Source of the DNA: Octopus vulgaris
Lineage: Eukaryota
Length of the DNA: 64,000 nt
NCBI GenBank assembly: GCA_951406725.2
Contig: OX597814.1
Coordinates: 23,684,001 to 23,748,000, forward strand
Direction of reading: 5' to 3'
Position numbers and translations under genes: made by a program. The notes below the pieces were generated by a model that saw only the letters and a list, made by a program, of their open reading frames with translations, did no database searches and was not told where the DNA came from. Below are positions 53,841-64,000 of this stretch, piece after piece (position 1 is the stretch's first letter; each line of letters begins with the position of its first letter).

Positions 53841-55746
53841 AAGAGATAGTTAGCAACAACTAAATCATAGTCTTCTCTTTCATCTTCTCTGTTACCCACA
53901 CTAAATAATCAATGAAATAAAGCAAAATATGAATGATCCTACTTTGTCAATTAATTCTCTTACTCTAAGACAAACATTCATGGACTTGACTTCAAGACTA
54001 ACCTAGATCACACCAAACACTTCCTGCATGCAAATCCCACAAGTTGCTCTTCACTGTAATGCAAATCTCTCATCTCTCATCTACAACCCAACACTGCTGT
54101 TCTGGCTTCATTATATTCCACTCTCAAAAGGTATTGTCAGTATGTCTTGGGAACACTCTATAATTTTCACTAGAATTTCAGGAACAAAGTCTTCCTGTTA
54201 TCTTGGCACAAAGTTTCTGCCCCACCCCTTTCGTTGCACTAAAATCATTCTCTGTCCCATCTGCTCTCTGAAATCCTCAAACCTCCAGGAGGCACAAATG
54301 TTAGTGCTAACTTTTGGGGAAGACACAGAACAAGTGATATGCAAGTGTTAGTGTGGTTTGAAATTTAAAATATCATTCAAATTATAAACTATAAACTACT
54401 GCACTAATACAGAGAAATAATGCAAAAGAACATGAAGTGTTTAGCGGAAAAGTGCTTTCAGCTGATAAGATAGAAGATACACGTGGCAGAAAATGTTATA
54501 GGAAGTGGTGGTGTGCATGTCATGCATATCAGAATTGAAGATAGTCATGTAATGATTTACCATATTGAAAATTTGCTTAATCCATGATAGTGTAAAAAAA
54601 GTAAAAAAAAATAATAATAATGGTAACTGGTTATAAAAAGCATTATCTAATAGATGGACAACTGCCACAAAATGCTTAATCATTATGTTGATTTTTCCCA
54701 TTTAAAGATAGCTATAATATATACAGTATAAATATTGTGACTAGTCTAGTTCTATATTTACAGTTGCATTTTCATAACTTAATTTATAACACGTTAACTT
54801 TAAAGAATATGCGATAATGAAGATGATTATTATGATATTAATATGTTCCCCATCTGCTTGAATATATGAAACTCTCAAAATAGATATGCAGATGATTGAT
54901 TAACAAAAGCATTGCTCAAAAACTATGCAATAAATCTATGTACACGATTATCTCTCATTACTATATAATGAGAGAAAATCTGTCTTCAATACCACTGATA
55001 TTCTAATGTTTTCTGCTATCTAAAGCAAGTATATTAAATAAACACATGACTTTTAACCAACACATTGATCAATTGATCAAATATTTATAGACTATTCTAA
55101 GAAATATAAACAAAACCTCTCTCGCACTCTCTTTTTCTCTCACTCTCCTACACTATCTCTCTCTCTCCCATCTCTCCTCACCTCTCTCTCCCTCATCCTT
55201 CTTTCCTTCTCTTTGCCAATAAAACCTAAATTTTTATTAACCATCTCCTTTTCTAAATTTCACATGTTAATATTCTCTGATAAACATGTAATATTTAAAA
55301 TAAAACTTCCTTGCAAATGTATTTGCGTCACTTCTCCAAGCTATACTTACTAGAATTCCTTTTAAAAGTATGCCCCCAATATTATGTCTGTCTTTTCAAC
55401 TAACCTACAAAGTAACCATCTAGGGCTTCACAATCAATTGGAAAGTGTCTATGCAGTCACTTGACAAGCTAAAAATAGCAGTCAAAACTCCATCAACTCA
55501 CATTCTAATGTCTTAATATAAAAAGGAAACAATAAATGATATAGTCTTGGATATACAAAAAGTAAGTATTAGTCATTGCTGGAAACTTGATCACCAGCTT
55601 CCCTGAGATGGAGCAAAACCACAACAACAAATATATATTTAAAAATTCTATTCCCAGTCTACAAGAAGCATCAGTACTCAGATATCTTCTTTATGAACAG
55701 ATTTTAATTGTAAAATATTATCAAATGATTAATTAATTATTACTTT

Positions 55747-55928
55747 TAAAAGCACCCACTACACTCACGGAGTGGTTGGCGTTAGGAAGGGCATCCAGCC
55801 GTAGAAACACTGCCAGATTTGACTGGGCCTGATGAAGCCTTCTGGCTTCACAGACCCCAGTAGAACCGTCCAACCTATGCTAGCATGGAAAACGGACGTT
55901 AAACGATGATGATGAGGATGATGATGAT
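55747..55928 (+). mobile_element. RTE-type tail repeat
   Basis: Matches 45955-46138. Confidence 0.88.
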
Positions 55929-56087
55929 CTTTCTTGTTTTTGTAGAACTAAATTTTAATTATTATATTTCCTGACTTTCTACAGTAGAAATAATTACATT
56001 TATGAAGTATCAATATGCAACAATTATGCAAAACAATACATGGTAAATTAGCCTTTTATGTATCATGCTTATTATACACATACCACT

Positions 56088-56515
56088 AAGGTGGTGAGCT
56101 GACAGAACCGTTAGCATGACAGGAAAAATGCTTAAGGGCATTTCGTCAATCTTTATGTTCTGGGTTCAAATTCCACTAAGGCCAACTTTGCCTTTCAGCT
56201 TCTAGGAGTTTAATGAAATAAGTACCAGCTGAACACTAGGGTCGATGTAATTGACTTACACCTTTCCCTGAATCTATTAGCCTTATACCAAAATTTGAAA
56301 ACAATAGTTGATGCATACCATTAAGGCAGCTAGCTGGCAGAACAGTTAGCCTGCTGGGCACAATTGTTAATGGCATTTCCTCTGCCTTCATGTTCTGAGT
56401 TCAAATTCTGCAGAGGTTGATTTTGCTTTTCATTCCTTAGGGGTCAATAAAATAAGTACCAGTTGAGCACTGGGATCAATATAACTGATTTACTCCTGTG
56501 CCAAAATTTAGAACC
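56088..56515 (+). mobile_element. Two tandem SINEs (8297 family)
   Basis: Heads at about 56088 and 56323. Confidence 0.85.
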
Positions 56516-56578
56516 ATTATATGCATACCAATGACAGGCCAGTTACTATAGTATTCATCCTAAGATTCTATGGCAAAT

Positions 56579-56950
56579 TCATCATCATCATCGTTTAATG
56601 TCCGTTTTCCATGCTAGCATGGGTTGGATGGTTCGAACAGGGTCTGGGAAGCCAGGAGGCTGCACCAGGCTCCAGTCTGATCTGGCAGTGTTTCTACAGC
56701 TGGATGCCCTTCCTAATGCCAACCACTCCATGAGTGTTGTAGGTGCTTTTTACGTGCCACAAGCACAGGGGCCAGGGGAGGCTGGCAAACGGCCATGATC
56801 AGTTGGTGCTTTTTACATGTCATGCCAGTCCAACAGCACTGGCATCTGCCACGTTCAGACGGTGTTTTTTACATGCCACTGGCACGGGTATCTTAACTAC
56901 AATTTCCATTTGATTTTTATTTTGATGTTGGTGTTGACGTACTTGACTCA
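56579..56950 (-). mobile_element. RTE-type tail repeat
   Basis: Reverse-complement match to 55747-55928 and the 45432 family. Confidence 0.88.
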
Positions 56951-59241
56951 AAAATTGTATTACAAAATATGGAACACTTTGAATAAACTACCTTCCAAAA
57001 TCAATCTTTCACATATTTCGAAATGAAATTCAAAACATCTCAAAACACTTATTTCTCTACTGACTAGAACACACTAATACATATAGTGAAAATATAGGAT
57101 AGCAACTCTCCAATTCACCAAACTGGTACTGCATTGAACTGGTTTAACAAAACTATTTCTAATGGTGTAGGAAAATATATACTAGTAATATACTGTGGTA
57201 ATTTTAATTTAATACACTACTTACTAAATATGTGTGTGTGTGTGTGTGCATTGTACTTGTAAAAAAAATCAATATTAACAAAACATACTATAAACACAAG
57301 GTTAGAGTGTTAGAAAGACAATTTTCTGGTGAATTATTGTAGTTGAGTATGTATATGTGTGCATACATGACTGTACATAAATTAAAATACTTCCATTAGA
57401 AATACTAACAAAATATTGCCAATATAATAACATTAAATTCGAGAACCAAACTGCAACTTTATTCTATCAAGCTACTGATTAATTTATTCTTAATTCAGTC
57501 ACTGAAGATGACTCCAGACTTTAATGGGGAAAGCATCTCATTCTAAATTCATTTGGCTTTTCAGAAAAAAAAAATTGTTAAAATTTTTCTCTTTCAATTT
57601 ACTAAAAACCAAAAAAAAAAAATCAGACATAAGGAAATATACAGAATATTTTTACATTTTTTATTATTGCTTCATTTATAAATATAACACAAATAAACCC
57701 TTAACAAAATAAATATTGACAATGTGGAATGGGGGTCTTTCTTTTATATAACCCCAAGCAATTAGCCAATGAGGAGTATTGAATGCAGTCAATCAACATA
57801 CTAGAAATTTTAACCAGATCTCCTTGAAATCACACCTACATGAATCTGAACAAATGAATTCAGTTTACCCTCCTGAGATGTAACAAAGTATGTTTCAACA
57901 CACAAGTTTGCATAAGAAACTTTCAAACCAAATACAAAAGTAAAATATTCAATTTAGTATTTTAGATATCAGGATTTTGGTCTTGGAAAATTTTACAAAA
58001 GAAAAACAAAAAAAAAAGCAGAAAAAACATAACTAAAACTGCCAGCAGTGGTAATTTATACTGATATTGAATCAGTTTAAAATGAACTACTCAATTACGT
58101 CTATACAATACAATATAGATTACTATAGAAATCAACTTGAGTATGAGTAAACATTTTCATTTCATGTTGATTAGTTAATAACATAAGAGAATAGTTAAAC
58201 CAATTGAATTGATATAAACATAATAGAATTCATTATTCTCTACTTATTTCTCACTAAAAATAATCTGGTTCAGTTGTATTGATTTTTGTCAGGTACATAA
58301 AAAATAGCGACTGGTGATTTTTTTACCCTACATAAAACTGAAGGTCATTAGAGCAAAAACGAACATAGACACTCACATATAAAACGTTTAAATTTTTCTA
58401 GTTTTCTAAATTCATTTGACAATGCCCTAGCTATTCAGACTGGACTGAATATTGGAATTATTTATGTTTGGAACAACTTTGACAGGAATCAATACTGATA
58501 GCTTGCTGAGCTTCTTCAAGGCAAATGGTCTTTCACTAGAAGGAACATGAAGAATCAATAAGAGCGGGCCAAGAAGAATTTTGTGGGGAATGATTCTGAA
58601 TGGTAGACTGTCTGAATTGAAACAAAAATCAATTTCTATGTGTCATATAAAATATGCCAATATATTTTGTTTTCAAGCAGTATTAGATATCATTTTTAAA
58701 TAAAACACCATAGAAAATTAAACTGGAGAATTTTATAGTTTACTTAAGGCTAGAAGTGTTCATTTTCTTACACATAAAATCAATAAATTACATTTCGTAA
58801 AAGATATAGCATAGGTTAAGTTAAATCTAAAGACCACAGCCTGAAAGGTCTCCATCTATTTGACTTTTTTCCATAACTTTTCCTTTTAAAAGAAAAATAT
58901 AACATTAGGTTTCAACATAATAAAAACAGAAGAATAAACTTATTCAAAACAACACAAAAAAATATTATAAATGTTGCCTTAAACTGTTAATAATTGCATT
59001 TTTCTGGTGCAAATATACGTCTAAAGTAGATATAGATGACTCATATATAACTGTTAAGTTTGGAGGAACCTAAATACCAGCTCCTTTCCATGCTACATAT
59101 GTGTATATAATATGTACTATAATATACATATCCATGTGTATTCAAATGCATTTTAGAAGGTTGATGGTGGATCCATTTTAATAATTGAGAGCTCTCTCAA
59201 TCAAAATCCTGGCTATGCCCATAGATGTTTCCATTTGCACC

Positions 59242-59385
59242 CAAATAAATGTTTTGATAACCAAACATGTTTTCATTGGCAAACAAGTGTTTTGATAACC
59301 AAACAAATGTTTTGCTATCAAAACAAAATGCTTTGGTAGCCAAACAAAAGTTATGATAGTCAAACAAACATTTTGATAGCTAAAT
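59242..59385. repeat. ~20-bp degenerate minisatellite, about 7 units
   Basis: Consensus approximately ccaaacaaatgttttgataa. Confidence 0.85.
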
Positions 59386-61418
59386 TAAAAAACATCATGT
59401 ATGCTCATATAAAATGATTGTTCCATCAATAAACAAAAATATTTGAAATAAATAACTAACCAAATTCTTTAGCATTTATATTTTAATATTTTCTGGGGTT
59501 TCAAAGACTTTACTCACATTTGATGTGATAACATTAATTTTTCTGCTATCATTAATTCATTCAAAATACTATTAAGACTATCAAATAACAGATTCTTTAT
59601 ATGCCATTATTTAGTTGTTAGCAGTTCTCCTGATGCAACTCTTATTTTCTTATGCTTCTCTGAGTGTATTTAGTGATGTATATAATTATTCTCACGTAAC
59701 ATTCTATTTGTTTATATATTTCTGAAGAATTTTGAGGTCAAAGGTCCCATAGTAAATTTGCAGTTATCAAAACTAGCACTCAATTTGACTTATGAACTTA
59801 TAAGGCTAAAAAGAATCCTACAACTAAAAGTCTAATCAACAAGCAGTCTCAAACAGAATAAAGGAAAATCCAGCCATTCAGACTCCTTAGGAGGGAGGAG
59901 TAACCATTTATTGGATCTGTTCTATTAAGTGACAAATACCATTTATTTAAAATCACTGAAGACAACATTGCCAAAAATAAGTATAGTTCTGCAATCAACA
60001 CCAGGAAATTATTTGCATGCATCATACTTGTGATAGTTTACCCAGTAGAAGAAATAAACCAATAAAAATCAAAACAGAAATACTTTTCAGGAAAATATCA
60101 CAAAGATAAATTACACAGTTTGTTTTGATGTAGTATTTTCTTTTATCTCTCACTAGTTCATTTATTTATAGTTCAGAATATGACTGGTAGATATTTCTAT
60201 TGATGTTAGAAAGCTAATCCACCTCTGATATAGCTGTTATTTCAAGCTAATACGATTCTAAGTCTAATGTTGTAAAACTTACCTGCCTATTCAAAACTTA
60301 CCTACCTATCCTTATAACTTAACCTCACAACTTATTCATTATTTCATGAATTTACAACAATCATAATTTTGAAAACTTTTCTCCTGCTAATGCCATATAA
60401 AGTGAAAATTTTCAGTAATGTTCCTGGTAACATAATAAATGTATCTCTCTGCTATTAATGATCCTTTTTCTATTCTAAAAATATTCCTCCTTTTACATTT
60501 CCATTACCAATGCAACGTTTTCATTCAGTACTGTATTTTATATAATTCATTTTCTATTTCTTTGGAAACCTTTACATGAATGAATTGCTTTTGCTATAAA
60601 CTGATATATTTTCTTTTAAGGCGGAATGTGTTGTCTACAGTCAATTTGCCTGGAGGGTCTAAAAATCAACCATGAAAAGGATATTTCATTATATTTTGAT
60701 AATGTGTCGAATTTTCTTTACAAAAAGATATATTTTTCTTCAAACTTCATACCTTGTTCTATTAGCAGAATTTCATAGAACTTCCTCCTCTTTTATTATA
60801 ACAGAAATTATAATGTAATTCATTTTGCTTAAACCATACACAAAACTGGAACATTAATTCAAAACCAGACTTTCAATGAATAATACGCTTTTTTTTATTA
60901 TATCAATATAATCTCTTAGAAATTTATCATTCTAGAATCTGGAATCCTTCAGGGATTCCTTTAGAGTTACACTCTAACAAAAGACATTTTTTTTTCCTCC
61001 AGCAGAAACTATTCCTTGTCAAACAAAGCTAAGTAAAACCCTAACATTTATCTATATATCTGTCTATCTAACCATTTACCTATCTGTTTATTTAACTATT
61101 ATTTATTATTTCTTCTCTCTTTCCCTTTTTCACAATAGATTTTTGTAAGCCTTCTATTCTTTACAGATTTCAACTTATATATATATACTAATATACCTTA
61201 TGTACTCAGTGTACCTTTAACAAACTGGTCTTATTAGAAATGAAAATTTTTCCTGCAAAATGGATACTTGAATAGGTGTGTTGATACATTTATTCAGTTA
61301 CATAGCTTTCAAAACAGAGTTTCAAGGACTAACTGGGACTATCACTTTTTAACTATAAATTTACCAGTCTAAATTTTTGCTGTCATGATTTTTCAACACT
61401 TTTTTCTTTTCTGATCTC

Positions 61419-61781
61419 TTATCACCTCCGCCAAGGAAGGAGGTTATGTTTCCATCAGCGTTGGTTTGTCCATCTGTCCATCTGTGTGCAAAATAACTCA
61501 AAAAGTTGCAAATGGTATTTGATGAAGCTTGCAGGAAAAGTTGCTATTGACGGTAGTGATCCAGGAATTTTTATGGATTCGTGAAGGATTTTTCATCTGT
61601 TATATTTACTTTATATGAAGTATTACAATGTTATGTTCTTTGATTATCTCCCTTGAAAACACGTTCATCACTTCCATGTAACCTATGGTGGCGTTGCTGC
61701 TTCTAAAGTTTATTTTCGTTTCTCTGTTAGTAACTTTACTTGCGTATCTATCTTAAAATGAGCTGCTTGGTGGAGGTCTGC
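61419..61781 (+). mobile_element. Helentron/HINE-like non-autonomous element
   Basis: Subterminal inverted repeats cctccgccaag (61425) / cttggtggagg (61766) and a (ctgtccat) microsatellite near the 5' end. Confidence 0.75.
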
Positions 61782-61869
61782 AGAAGATGATCTGACAAGC
61801 CTTGACTATTGGGATGGTTCCTGTTTTTAAAGGTTTTCTTTTAAATCATATGGTTGTGTTATTTTTGTT

Positions 61870-62000
61870 TTTACTCCCACCAAGGAGGTTATGCTTTTGC
61901 CAGCATTGGTTTGGGAAATTGGGCGATTTTCAGCATGCATGTATATGGGTGGAAATGAGCTGCTTGGTGGAGGTCTGTGCTTTCCGAATGCTTTTCTAGT
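61870..62000 (+). mobile_element. Second, internally deleted Helentron-like copy
   Basis: ctcccaccaaggaggttatg through to cttggtggaggtctgtgctttccgaatgcttttctagt. Confidence 0.7.
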
Positions 62001-62372
62001 ATTTGATTGCAATATTTCTTAGTCGTAAGGTGGTGAGCTGGCAGAATCCTTATTAGCACACTGAGCAAACTGCTTAGCAGCATTTCATCACTCTGTACAT
62101 TCTGAATTCAAAATCTGCCAGTGTTGACTTTGCCTTTAACTTTATAAGAGATTAAATTTTCCAATTCAAAACTAACTATATGGTTGTTCTGATTTAAATT
62201 TCGATGCTTGGTTGGTAGTCCTTTCACAACCAGCATCTTTATTGGGTATTGTTTCCAGAATTAAGTCCTTAAAAATATTCTATTGTGTCTGGGGAGAGTC
62301 ATTTTCTTTTTGTGCCTTATAATTTAACACATTCACCTGTTAAATTTCCACTTATTTCTTACTTTTATTTTC

Positions 62373-62409
62373 CTAAAATTTTTGTTGCGTCTTGCAACCT
62401 TTTCAATAG
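62373..62409 (-). ncRNA. Hammerhead-like motif, U3-A8 variant, G12 mutated
   Basis: Minus strand reads CUA UUGAAAA G GUUGC aagac GCAAC aAAA AU UU UAG. Confidence 0.45.
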
Positions 62410-62544
62410 TCTTGACTCCGTCTGTTATTTACACTGCATTCTTTTTTGTTTGTTTGTGCACATGTGTGTGGGTCAGTGTGTGTGTGTGTACCTATGTATG
62501 CATGCATGTACGTATGTATGTGTGTATGTATGTATGCATGTGTA

Positions 62545-62838
62545 TGTATGTATATATGTGAGTATATGCATATGTATATATGTATATATGTGTGTGCATC
62601 TTTTTGTATGTATCCTGCATATTCATGTGCTTGCATGTCCGGGTTTGTGTATTTTTCTATGTATGTGTGTGTGAGTGTGTGTTTGTATATGTATGTATAT
62701 ATGTGAGTATATGCATATGTATATATGTATGTATGTGTGTGCATCTGTTTGTATGTATCCTGCATATTCATGTGCTTGCATGTCTATGTTTGCGTATTTT
62801 TCTATGTATGTGTGTGTGAGTGTGTGTTTGTATATGTA
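62545..62838. repeat. 145-bp tandem duplication within a microsatellite
   Basis: tatcctgcatattcatgtgcttgcatgt occurs at 62611 and 62756. Confidence 0.9.
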
Positions 62839-63380
62839 AGCATCTCTGTCTCCTTAAAAATGCTTCTATCTTTTAAAAAGGACAAGGGAATAACCTGAAG
62901 GAGATTTGACCACTCTATGTAGCAAACTGATTCATCACTTTCTTCAGGCCATTGCTGTCATGGGACCATTGATAACCCTTGTTGCCATTCAGCAAATCCA
63001 GTATTAATGATGTTAAATGAAAGCTGGAACGTTTTTTTACTTCCATTACAGATACTTCCAGCGAAGCATCGACATCACAATATTTCATCTCCCTCATCCC
63101 AAAAATTATTATTCATTTAGAAACAAGTATATACTAAATGTGCATGGCTTCTTATATACAATGTCTCTGAAGAATAATACCAATGTTACTTTCTGTCATA
63201 TGGTTGGTTGAGATAGTTGACATAGTATATTTTCAATATCCTTTTCTATTTGTGATAAAAATATGTTTACATTTTCATAGTTTAACTGTGGTTAGGATCC
63301 TGAAGAATAAATGCACGATATTGATATGACTAAATTTAATCTAAGGTGAAGCAAAAATACTATTAATTAAACATTTTAGA

Positions 63381-63776
63381 GTGGCTGTGTGGTAAGTAGC
63401 TTGCTTACCAACCACATGGTTCCAGGTTCAGTCCCACTGCATGGCACCTTGAGCAAGTGTCTTCAATTATAGCTTCAGGTCGACCAAAGCCTTGTGGGTG
63501 GATTTGGTAGACGGAAACTGAAAGAAGCCTGTCGTATATATGTATGTATATATATGTATGTGTGTGTATATGTTTGTGTGTCTGTATTTGTCCTCCCAAC
63601 ATCGCTTGACAACCGATGCTGGTGTGTTTAAATCCCCGTAACTTACCGGTTCAACAAAAGAGACTGATAGAATAAGTACTAGGCTTACAAAGAATAAATC
63701 CTGGGGTCGATTTGCTCAACTAAAGGTGGTGCTCCAGCATGGCCACAGTCAAAGGACTGAAACAAGTAAAAGAGTA
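63381..63776 (+). mobile_element. Full-length CORE-like tRNA SINE
   Basis: A box tggctgtgtgg, B box ggttcagtccc, caccttgagcaagt CORE-like motif, central (TA/TG)n and an agagta tail. Confidence 0.9.
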
Positions 63777-64000
63777 ATTACTAATTGCAAAAAGAAATCA
63801 CATTTTAAAAATGTTTGGTTAACAATTCCGTTGTTCTTTTACTGGTTTCAACCAGACGTTGTGACCATGCTTGAGATTGCCATTAAAATATTTGAACTGA
63901 GTTCCATATGAGCAGCTTGACGAAAATATATTTAACGATGTTCCAGTTGTGACCACCTCATTTATTTTTCTAATGATCTTGGTACATTGTCCAATCTGGC

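Overview
AT-rich, microsatellite-dense eukaryotic DNA, intronic or intergenic. The repeat landscape suggests a coleoid cephalopod, probably Octopus (inference). No intact protein-coding gene can be supported. Most ORF-track entries are microsatellite translations or fragments of decayed retroelements: RTE, R4/Dong-like, CRE-like and CR1/L2/Jockey-like LINEs, at least three tRNA-derived SINE families plus dispersed RTE-type tails, pogo/mariner DNA elements, and Helitron/Helentron derivatives. The most interesting signal is a set of four minimal type I hammerhead ribozyme (HHR) motifs of the Penelope-associated kind, all on the minus strand. One is fully canonical (27751-27837). Two share an extra G after A9 and carry compensatory swaps of the catalytic-core 3-8 pair: G3-C8 at 7017-7067, inside a 119-bp-arm hairpin, and U3-A8 at 62373-62409. 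One is degenerate (10737-10817). Also present: a 107-bp tandem array whose unit resembles an HDV-like fold, a near-perfect 178-bp inverted repeat, and a decayed 51-codon repeat ORF split by a SINE. All coordinates and pairings were read by eye; no searches or folding programs were run.
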